In this document: positions 8,851 through 16,955 of the stretch, piece by piece
Position numbering within the stretch: position 1 is the stretch's first letter
Layout: every line of letters begins with the position of its first letter
Source: Candidatus Heimdallarchaeota archaeon
GTDB taxonomy: Archaea > Asgardarchaeota > Heimdallarchaeia > Hodarchaeales > Hodarchaeaceae
Reading direction: 5' to 3'
Length of the DNA stretch: 20,870 bases
Assembly (NCBI GenBank): GCA_019057635.1
Contig: DXJL01000036.1
Location: 1-20,870, forward strand
The notes under the pieces: generated by a model
Databases searched by the model: none
The model's input: the letters and a program-made list of their open reading frames with translations, nothing else
What the model was told of the DNA's origin: nothing
Made by a program: the position numbers and the translations under genes

Positions 8851-8895
8851 TCCACCTTCTTCCTCCTTTTCCCATATATTTTCCAATGTTTTTTT
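8851..8895 (+). terminator. Pyrimidine-rich/oligo-T tract, probable plus-strand terminator
   Basis: TCCACCTTCTTCCTCCTTTTCCC...TTTTTTT immediately after the TAA at 8840. Confidence 0.35.
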
Positions 8896-8899
8896 AAAA

Positions 8900-9889
8900 T
8901 TAGTATTCTAGTTCTAAATTAACCTGATTTTGAGGATTTTTTTGATTGTAAATAGCCTTAAGATTACTAATAATATCTTCTGCGAAGGGAATCTCTCGTG
9001 AATCAACCTTAAATGCAGAATGAGGACTCATGACCAGAAAAGTCAGTTCTTCAAATGGGAAATTCTGATACACCAGAGGTTTCTTCCGATTTTTTGGATA
9101 ATTATACCATACGTCGGATGCTACTGCTGCTAGTTCAGACCCCTTCATGAATTCAAATAATTTTTTTTCATTAATAACATCTCCCCTCCCGATGTTGACA
9201 AGAACAACACTTGGTTTAAGGAATGCTAATTCTTTTTCTCCAATTAATCCTTTTGTCTCTGAGGTCAATGGTAGAGCTATAAGAAGATAATCAGAATTTG
9301 TAAGTACATAATCTAAGGAATCAAGTGTCCCTATGAAGTCTACCTCTTCTTCATCATTCTCTGTAGGATGCTTTTTTATTGCTAAGATTCGCATGTTGAA
9401 TCCCTGTTTCAATATACGAGCTACTTTACTTCCTATGGCCCCAAAGCCGACAATTCCGAGAGTTTTTCCCGTTAACCATTGAGAAGTTACATCATTGTAT
9501 CGTGTTGACCAATCTCCTTTTCGCATTACTGAATCACGGTAAACTATTTTTTTTGCAGCTGAGAGTAAAAGAGCTACTGCATGCTCAGCTATCGCCAAAC
9601 TATTGGAATGTGAATTCGAGATTGTAATATCGGGATATTGTCGCATTAATTCGAAATCTAGGGTTTCAACACCCGTCCAAGGAATCTGGATGTGACGTAG
9701 CTTTTGTGCTCGATCTAAGAACGTTTTAGAGAATTTATAACCAACAGCCACTTCAATATCTGGACCATACTTTAGAAGTTCAGAATCAGATAAATCATCT
9801 GGAAAAATAAGCTCGATGCCCCCAGGTAATGAGGAACGGTAATGATCACGTAAAACAGGAGTTACACGGTGGCAAAAGAGGACTTTCAT
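8900..9889 (-). CDS. D-isomer-specific 2-hydroxyacid dehydrogenase (glycerate dehydrogenase/hydroxypyruvate reductase-like)
   Basis: AIAEHA, Rossmann GIVGFGAIG, LPLTSETKGLI, catalytic Arg in NIGRG, DVWY, catalytic His in MSPHSA. Confidence 0.92.
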   Translation of the reverse strand: MKVLFCHRVTPVLRDHYRSSLPGGIELIFPDDLSDSELLKYGPDIEVAVGYKFSKTFLDRAQKLRHIQIPWTGVETLDFELMRQYPDITISNSHSNSLAIAEHAVALLLSAAKKIVYRDSVMRKGDWSTRYNDVTSQWLTGKTLGIVGFGAIGSKVARILKQGFNMRILAIKKHPTENDEEEVDFIGTLDSLDYVLTNSDYLLIALPLTSETKGLIGEKELAFLKPSVVLVNIGRGDVINEKKLFEFMKGSELAAVASDVWYNYPKNRKKPLVYQNFPFEELTFLVMSPHSAFKVDSREIPFAEDIISNLKAIYNQKNPQNQVNLELEY

Positions 9890-9915
9890 TTCTAATCTTC
9901 CTTAGATATATGGAC

Positions 9916-11121
9916 TTATTTTCCCAAATATTTTTTTCCCTCCCAAAATTTGTCAGCATTATCCTTCTTCCCATATCGCCACCAGGGAAAGAGAGCCATT
10001 AAATTATCAAGTCTAAGCCATAAAGGATCCAGCATAGGTAGATGTTTTATAAAAAAACGAGCTACATCGTGAGCTAATCCTGGGGGTTTCGTAAACGGGC
10101 AGACACGAATGCAATTTGAACACTCAGTTGAGTTCTTCACCCAGAATTCATAACATGTCTCTACATTCACGTACCACTTATAAGCTCCATTATTGTTGGA
10201 AAATGACCCCCAGGGGCTTTCCCAAGTCGGATCGTCATCATATAGGATACTTTGACTTGGACAATATTTCGCACATTTCTTACAGACACGACAAAACTGG
10301 GTTACCCCGAAATCTATTGGCTGGTCAATTTCTAATGGAAAATCAGTGTAAACCTTACAAATACGAACTGCCTGACCATACTTTGGATTTATCAACAAAC
10401 CATTTCTTCCAAATTGGCCTAGGCCAGCCTCTACAGCCAAAGGAACAGATAATCCAGTATCATTTCCTGCAGGAATAGCCTGGTATCCAAGATTGCGCAG
10501 AAAATCAGCCATACTTGCAATAGCAAAGGCCATACGCGAATAACCGTTTCCAGTTGTGATACTTGCAGGTAATGCTGGTGAGGTTTTAAGTGCTTGATAG
10601 TCCATTTGAATTAACATTACAATAGCAAATTTAATCCCTTTAGGTAGTTCTATAGGATCATTTTTCCGATTATGGGTATATAAATAGGGATAATCAGGAT
10701 TTAATTCTGTAATTCCGACACTGCATGAACCAAAAACTTTGCCTATTCGCTTAACAATTGCAGAATTCTTCTTGAGATTGGTAGAGAAAAATTTTCCTAG
10801 TTTAGTGGTTGATTGGGTGAGCGAGGTTGTGGATTCTCTAGGATTGTCCCAAGAAAAAGCTTGTCTAAAATTATCGTGTACCATCCAGGCAGCATTCATG
10901 GCGGCATATCCCTCCTGACTATACCCTTTCATCCCAACCTTAGTCCCTTCTTTCTCATTGATTGCTCTACGATATCCTGAATATGTTTCATCCCACATCA
11001 CACGTGCGAATATCATATTACGTCCAGAAAATCGTTTGTACACCGATTTATCAACTGCAAGCGGTATTTTTCCTTTTTTGAATGCTTTTTCCAAATTTTT
11101 ACGGGAATCTAGGGTATTCAT
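9916..11121 (-). CDS. Reductive dehalogenase (RdhA)-like cobalamin/2x[4Fe-4S] protein lacking a Tat leader
   Basis: SVPLAVEAGLGQFGRNGLLINPKYG..VR..KVYTDFPL, PIDFGVTQFCRVCKKCAKYCP, KWYVNVETCYEFW, CSNCIRVCPF, plus FG...VGI and FLRNLGYQA segments typical of the RdhA fold. Confidence 0.85.
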   Translation of the reverse strand: MNTLDSRKNLEKAFKKGKIPLAVDKSVYKRFSGRNMIFARVMWDETYSGYRRAINEKEGTKVGMKGYSQEGYAAMNAAWMVHDNFRQAFSWDNPRESTTSLTQSTTKLGKFFSTNLKKNSAIVKRIGKVFGSCSVGITELNPDYPYLYTHNRKNDPIELPKGIKFAIVMLIQMDYQALKTSPALPASITTGNGYSRMAFAIASMADFLRNLGYQAIPAGNDTGLSVPLAVEAGLGQFGRNGLLINPKYGQAVRICKVYTDFPLEIDQPIDFGVTQFCRVCKKCAKYCPSQSILYDDDPTWESPWGSFSNNNGAYKWYVNVETCYEFWVKNSTECSNCIRVCPFTKPPGLAHDVARFFIKHLPMLDPLWLRLDNLMALFPWWRYGKKDNADKFWEGKKYLGK

Positions 11122-11314
11122 AACCAGTCAAATCTGTTATTTTATAGCAAGATTTAGGTTTTTTCTTTAGTCACATTAACTTGATTCCACCTTTCCAAAA
11201 AAGATCAAACATTTTTCGAATTGGTAGGAAAAGTGCTATAATTAGGCCAAAGCTTAAATTAAATAGGAAAGAATCATTTGAACTCAAAATCATATTGAAT
11301 GTGAATTCTATCTC

Positions 11315-12490
11315 TTAAACATCAGTTAATAGCTGATCAATGACGCTCAGAAGTCTAGATAGATGAGCTCGAGATGTAGCAGGCATTATCACAAACCTTA
11401 ACGCACCATTAACTAGTGATGTCGTCCATCCATTCTCCCAGAGGGCTATGTGAAAATCTTCTTGACTTAGTGAGAGTGAATCAGGGATCTGTACTCCTAA
11501 AATGTTTATTATTGGTTCAATAGGAATCTTAAATCCACGACTTTTTAATTCTCCTGCTAGAAACTTAGTATTATGAATACATCGAATTACATCTGATTGA
11601 AATCCTCTGAAACCAATTTTCTTCCAAAGATGAGCAAATGCAACAGAGGAGGCGCCAGATCGTGTACCAGAAAGCGTATGTTGTTTTGGATTACCAGCTA
11701 GATAAGGAAGTGTAAATTCGATGGCCATTGGATAAGTTTTGTCTTTCCATAGTAATCCGCCGGCTGGAATATTCACTCGCCCCATTTTATGAACATCGAC
11801 AGTCATAGAAATCAGGGATTTTAATTTAAAGGACAAATTAAACTCTTGTACATTTGGTAGAAACGGAAAAACCATTCCTCCAAAAGCTGCATCGATGTGA
11901 AGAGGTAAATTGTTTTCGAGACACAGTTCATTCAAATCCCATAGAGGATCAATTGTCCCAAAGGCGGTTGTCCCTGCAACACCGACTATACCAATTGTAT
12001 TGGAACTAATGGCTTGTTTAGTCTTCTTAATATCAATTTGGTACTTTTTTGTTACAGGAATTGAAATTAATTTTAAATTGAGTAAATCTGCAGCTTTATT
12101 GATGGATATATGTGCGGATTGTGGGGCGATGATCTCAAGAGGACGAGAATTAGAAAGGTCTTTTCTATCTCTTTCATTATTACGGATTGCCCATAAAGCA
12201 GTAATATTAGCTTCTGACCCGCCTGTTAATATTAATCCCGTTCCATTTTCAGGAAGATCGAATAATTGACCTAGAATTCTTATCACGTGAGATTCGATAT
12301 TTTTTGTCCCTGGGAATAACGCAGGATCCCCAAGATTGCTTTCGAGGTTCTGGATGAAGATTTCTCTGGCTTGAACTTCTGCTTGGCAATTCATTGAACT
12401 GAGAATTTGCCCATTAGCATACGAAAGATCTTTTTCTAATTCTGATTTTAAGTTAATCTCTTTCACTGTAGATGATTGGTCTTCTACCAC
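11315..12490 (-). CDS. mfnA: Group II PLP-dependent decarboxylase, MfnA-like (L-tyrosine/L-aspartate decarboxylase)
   Basis: ILSSM, NLGDPALFPGT..IE, TGGSEANITALW, AHISINKAA, GVAGTTAFGTIDP, HIDAAFGG, PLP-lysine DVHKMG, GTRSGA. Confidence 0.88.
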   Translation of the reverse strand: MVEDQSSTVKEINLKSELEKDLSYANGQILSSMNCQAEVQAREIFIQNLESNLGDPALFPGTKNIESHVIRILGQLFDLPENGTGLILTGGSEANITALWAIRNNERDRKDLSNSRPLEIIAPQSAHISINKAADLLNLKLISIPVTKKYQIDIKKTKQAISSNTIGIVGVAGTTAFGTIDPLWDLNELCLENNLPLHIDAAFGGMVFPFLPNVQEFNLSFKLKSLISMTVDVHKMGRVNIPAGGLLWKDKTYPMAIEFTLPYLAGNPKQHTLSGTRSGASSVAFAHLWKKIGFRGFQSDVIRCIHNTKFLAGELKSRGFKIPIEPIINILGVQIPDSLSLSQEDFHIALWENGWTTSLVNGALRFVIMPATSRAHLSRLLSVIDQLLTDV

Positions 12491-12653
12491 TTATATTTGC
12501 TCCAAAAGCTTAGAGTTAGTGCAATTATTCCATTCAGAATCTAAATCAAAAGTTTTTTTGGAGAACCTGTATCGACTGTATAGTTAGAGATTTTTAGTCA
12601 TACATTCAGAACTGCTAGATTTATTCTTAGTGAGATTATCCAAATTTTAAAAA

Positions 12654-12788
12654 TTGTTCCCGTTTGCCATGGAAGGTGAAATTACTAAAGAAAAGCGTCT
12701 CGCAGGTGCAAAGGTACTCCGAAATGCTATTCCATTTGAGGAGGAAGCTTTAAAACTCATGAAAGAAGCACTATCTCTTTGGAAATGA
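12654..12788 (+). pseudogene. Small ORF or 3' gene relic (39 aa from ATG 12669)
   Basis: (LFPFA)MEGEITKEKRLAGAKVLRNAIPFEEEALKLMKEALSLWK*: protein-like amphipathic helix, in-frame TAA at 12648-12650 upstream, T-rich terminator-like tract (12805-12828) downstream. Confidence 0.4.
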
Positions 12789-13033
12789 ACTTTACCAAAA
12801 CTACTCTTTTCTTTTTTCCAAAATTTTTCAAGTTACTGTAGAATTTTGACTCCACATACGTTAACATTGAATGAGATATCCTTTCAATACGTGTACTTAA
12901 AGGAAATTTTGAAAGAGTCTATAAATTACTTTTACTTTAGTATACTGAAAGATTAAAAAGAACAATATATGAATTGTGTTTGATTGCTTCTGATCTATTA
13001 GTAGGTTGGATTAATACGGGTTAGGAGTAGTAA

Positions 13034-14083
13034 ATGGTGAAAAAATCTTTTCAGAATTTTTTGGAACAGATCCAAAACACACAAAGACAGGCTATAGAGC
13101 GAGTTGAAAGAGTACAGTCTGATAGACTTCAAGAATTTGATTATCAAGAATATCCTCCAAAAATGATTGCGATCGACGGCTCGAATCGCTGGATCTGGAA
13201 TAATCCCGACATTAATGCACGTATTGCAATTATTCGTACCGCTTATGTTGTTTATGAGTTTAATAGCGACCTTTCCCCTCCTATGCAGATTCTTAATCAA
13301 GGTTCTCAAGATGAAGCGGTTCTGATTGCACCTGATAACCCCAACATTCATACTTATGATCAAGATTTCCAGAAATTGCATACTGAAATACAGAGAATAA
13401 TTGGTCGCAAAAATCCATTAGGGGAAACCCTCTCTTTGCTTCGTTCCCTTGCTGAATTCAAAATGGTGGAGGAATTGGCTAGTAATTATACGGAATCACT
13501 GATTGTGATGGATGGCGCATTGACTTATGTACAGATAAAAGAATTTGAAGACACCATTAGGAATATTGTCAAGGCCTGCAAGAAAAATAACAATATTTTG
13601 ATTGGAGTATCAAAAAGGAATATTACACGGTGGCTTGGATCCGAACTAACTGATGAAGCAGTTATGAGAGAAATTGCCCGAAATGACCAAAAAATGATGT
13701 ATATGGATATTCCAACGATACCCAAATCCCAACAGAAATTCCCATCTATTGGTAAGACTTATCTAGCGAAATTGCATGCAAAACCTGTTAAAACCTTTAG
13801 AGTGGATATTTATAACCCTTTAAATGTAAATGATGATAAAGTTCTGTCACATCTAGCATACTACTCACAGGTGAACACATTTCCTGGGTATCCATTTCCC
13901 TTAGTAGATGCACATACTATTGCAGCCCTTTTAAGGCGTGTTCCGGATATGTATAATCACGAATTACTAGAAGTCGGCATTCAACTTGGTTTCACAGAAG
14001 ATGAATTACTCCAATACATGATAACACATGAAAATATGGAAACTGATCCATTCCACAGATATTTAGACGATGCAACAAGATAA
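13034..14083 (+). CDS. nurA: NurA-family 5'-3' nuclease
   Basis: Catalytic motifs IAIDGS and VMDGAL, IGVSKR, C-terminal GYPFPLVDAH; AGGAG RBS at 13023-13027; adjacent to herA. Confidence 0.88.
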   Translation: MVKKSFQNFLEQIQNTQRQAIERVERVQSDRLQEFDYQEYPPKMIAIDGSNRWIWNNPDINARIAIIRTAYVVYEFNSDLSPPMQILNQGSQDEAVLIAPDNPNIHTYDQDFQKLHTEIQRIIGRKNPLGETLSLLRSLAEFKMVEELASNYTESLIVMDGALTYVQIKEFEDTIRNIVKACKKNNNILIGVSKRNITRWLGSELTDEAVMREIARNDQKMMYMDIPTIPKSQQKFPSIGKTYLAKLHAKPVKTFRVDIYNPLNVNDDKVLSHLAYYSQVNTFPGYPFPLVDAHTIAALLRRVPDMYNHELLEVGIQLGFTEDELLQYMITHENMETDPFHRYLDDATR

Positions 14084-14110
14084 CATTCATTAAAATAAGA
14101 GGACAAGAAT

Positions 14111-15697
14111 ATGAAGAAAGATATTGAAGAAAAGATAGCTCTAGGTGAAGTTATTTCGGGTGCTGTAAGTGGTGCAATCCAATTAAAGCTCAGGACCGAT
14201 AGTGAGGAAGTGAAAATAGGATTTCCTGCAGTCATTGAGGGGAAAAAATATGATTTCTTTTCCATTATTTCTGATATTCAATTCCCAACAAGTAATGCGG
14301 TCACTATGTTAGCAAATGCAGAAAAACTGCGAAATACGATACCCTTGAATACCATCGACACTTCTAGGGGACGTACATTTTATAGTATTGCTGAGCTCCA
14401 GTGTGTTCAAATGATTGAGCAGACATCTGGCAAAGCTTTTGAATTTGAGACCCTTCCCCCTTATTTTTCATCAGGTCGATTAGCGAGTAAATCTGATGTG
14501 CAACGGGTATATCAAACAGACCTCCCTGAAAATACTCAATCAGTTGGAACCCTCAGAGGGGTAGAAGGATTTGAAATTCCAATTGATTTCAAAAAACTCG
14601 TAGAGGTACCGTTTGGGATTTTTGGTCGAACACACTCGGGAAAAACTTTTCTCAATAAGATAATCCTTGGAAATATTATTAAAACTGAGGTATCGCAGAT
14701 TCTGGTTTTTGATATGCAATCCGAATATGGGTGGCGATCCCGCGCTGATAATTCCCCTGGTCTGAAGTTTTTCTTTGAAAATCAAGTCACTCTATTGAGT
14801 CTTGACCCGAGCACAAGTAAAAGCCACGATGAGGATTTATTGATAGGAGAAAACGAAATAGAACCTGAGGATTTAATCGTAGCTTTCCAAGATCTTTCAC
14901 CTACAATGATTGATGCAATTTATGAGATAAATCGAACGAAACCCTCATCACAAACTCTTATGGAAGGAATTCATGCAGCACTGATAGCCGACCCCCCTCC
15001 TCAACGCATTAATCGTGGAACTTTGAACGCTTTGAGTAGACGTATCATGAGATTAGATCGCTTATCTTTTGTAGTGAAATCCGATAAGGGAAATTTGAAT
15101 AACATATTAAAATATATACAATCAGGCCAGAATATTGTAATTGATTTTGGGAAGTTTGGAGCGGATTTCTTCGCGTATGTGTTTGTGGCTAACATAATTT
15201 CTCGTCGATTATATAAAAGCTATAGTGAAATGGTCGATATGAGTGATTATCCTAGACTAGTTGTCCTTCTTGAAGAGGCTCATAAGTTTTTAGACCCCAG
15301 AATCTCGAAAAATACCATTTTTGATAGGCTTGCACGAGAAATGCGTAAATTTAATCTAGTATTGGCAATGGTCGATCAGCGACCTTCGAGAATTGACCCT
15401 GAGATATTATCACAACTCGCAAATCGATTCATTCTTTCCTTAACAGATCCTAAAGATACCATTAATGCTTTAACGGGCCCTGTTGATCCGGCGGCATGGC
15501 GAGCAATTGTACGTGCTATGCCTCCTCGTACTGTATTAATGTTTGGTGACGCAATCCGCGCACCGACGGCCATGGATGTTCTGGAGTATAATGAAAACAC
15601 AATGACTCAAAAATGGCAAATTAGCAGTACGTCCCAGGAGTTACGTGATACTCTTGATTCCCTATCGGATGATGATAAAAGAAACATGTTCAAGTGA
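14111..15697 (+). CDS. herA: HerA-family hexameric ATPase/DNA translocase
   Basis: N-terminal HAS-barrel-like region, Walker A GIFGRTHSGKT, FDMQSEYG, Walker B LLEEAHKF, arginine finger AREMRKF, DQRPSRID. Confidence 0.92.
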   Translation: MKKDIEEKIALGEVISGAVSGAIQLKLRTDSEEVKIGFPAVIEGKKYDFFSIISDIQFPTSNAVTMLANAEKLRNTIPLNTIDTSRGRTFYSIAELQCVQMIEQTSGKAFEFETLPPYFSSGRLASKSDVQRVYQTDLPENTQSVGTLRGVEGFEIPIDFKKLVEVPFGIFGRTHSGKTFLNKIILGNIIKTEVSQILVFDMQSEYGWRSRADNSPGLKFFFENQVTLLSLDPSTSKSHDEDLLIGENEIEPEDLIVAFQDLSPTMIDAIYEINRTKPSSQTLMEGIHAALIADPPPQRINRGTLNALSRRIMRLDRLSFVVKSDKGNLNNILKYIQSGQNIVIDFGKFGADFFAYVFVANIISRRLYKSYSEMVDMSDYPRLVVLLEEAHKFLDPRISKNTIFDRLAREMRKFNLVLAMVDQRPSRIDPEILSQLANRFILSLTDPKDTINALTGPVDPAAWRAIVRAMPPRTVLMFGDAIRAPTAMDVLEYNENTMTQKWQISSTSQELRDTLDSLSDDDKRNMFK

Positions 15698-15731
15698 TTA
15701 ATCCTTATTTTTAATTCGAGATTTGATTAGA

Positions 15732-16955
15732 ATGGCAAAAATTGTCATAGTGGGAGATGTCCATATTGGAAAGCGATATGCATATCGTGTCAATTTGAAA
15801 ACAGGCATTAGCGACCGTACTTTAGATTTTATTAATGCTCTTTCTAGAGTAGTTGCTTATGCAATCAATAATAAGGCCGATATATTTATCATTGCAGGGG
15901 ATCTGTACGATCGCGTCACAGTCGGTCCAACACTTCTTCGACAAGTTAGAGAAACAATTTGGCAGCCTCTTATTGAAGCAAAAATTCCGATAGTTTGTAT
16001 TGGGGGAAATCATGACTCACCGCAAATATTTGAGAAAGGATCACCATTGGGAGAAATTTCTCTTTTTCCGAATAGTATTGTAGCACGATCTCCACAAACC
16101 GCTATAGTACACACTATGACTACAAAGGAAGAAATTGGTTTTCTTCTCCTACCATATCTAACGGCATCCCAAGTTGTGAAGTTTGTAGAAGAACGTCTTG
16201 GTAAATCTGTCGAGAAGGAAAGACAGATGGTTTTAAGTCAAGAATATCTTAAATACTTTATAGAAAATGAATTAAAACAACTTCCCACTAAGACAAATCT
16301 TCTTGTTGGTCATTACTTCTTTCAAGGATCCAAAATTAATATTATTCCATACCCAGATCATCTTCCTCATGAATTCAAATTTAAGAAAGATATGCTACCA
16401 TTAGATAAAATTGACCTAGCAATATTCGGTCATATTCATACCACTCAAACTTTACATGGTGGAAAAGTTTTAGTTCCTGGATCATTGGAACGAGTAGATT
16501 TTGGTGAGGTGAACGAGGATAAAGGATTTTATGTATTCGAAACTACAACAGGAAAGCTAGAATTTATTACAAATAATCCTCGTTCGTTAGTTAAACAGTT
16601 TATTGAAGTACCAAGGGTAGAGGATCCTACAAATTACATAATTCAAAATTTACCAAGAACATTAGAAGAGTCTATTGTCCGTATAATTATAAAAATATCC
16701 CCCGAATTAAAGAAGAAAGTACGTCTGCCACGTATTCATCAAGCGTTAGATTCAACATTTTATTTTGAATTGTTCTGGGATACTTCTATAACTCAACGTG
16801 AAATAGTTCTCACTGATTTTGTTCTAGATCCATTAGTCTTATTTAATGACTTTATTACGAGAAAATTTGATCAAGACCCCAATTTGGAACAATTACGTCA
16901 AAAAGGATTAGAAATTCTTGATCGAGCACTCGCTCAGGTGGAGGAAAAGCTATGA
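15732..16955 (+). CDS. mre11: Mre11/SbcD metallophosphoesterase nuclease
   Basis: Five phosphoesterase motifs GDVHIG, GDLYD, GNHDS, GHY, GHIH, then GSLERVDFGE. ATG at 15732 preferred over TTG at 15723. Confidence 0.93.
   Translation: MAKIVIVGDVHIGKRYAYRVNLKTGISDRTLDFINALSRVVAYAINNKADIFIIAGDLYDRVTVGPTLLRQVRETIWQPLIEAKIPIVCIGGNHDSPQIFEKGSPLGEISLFPNSIVARSPQTAIVHTMTTKEEIGFLLLPYLTASQVVKFVEERLGKSVEKERQMVLSQEYLKYFIENELKQLPTKTNLLVGHYFFQGSKINIIPYPDHLPHEFKFKKDMLPLDKIDLAIFGHIHTTQTLHGGKVLVPGSLERVDFGEVNEDKGFYVFETTTGKLEFITNNPRSLVKQFIEVPRVEDPTNYIIQNLPRTLEESIVRIIIKISPELKKKVRLPRIHQALDSTFYFELFWDTSITQREIVLTDFVLDPLVLFNDFITRKFDQDPNLEQLRQKGLEILDRALAQVEEKL

Noticed and set aside
9916-11121. Epoxyqueuosine reductase QueG assignment
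   Set aside because: Same fold, but PIDFG..FC, KW...C..FW and the N- and C-terminal regions look RdhA-like, and QueG-type YAxGxDYH and GCDxCQ motifs are absent. Not formally excluded without an HMM search.
10116-12269. Plus-strand ORFs 10116-10478, 10958-11170 and 11910-12269 as possible rdhB or accessory genes
   Set aside because: Antisense overlaps of rdhA-like and mfnA genes; none has the 3-TM RdhB profile.
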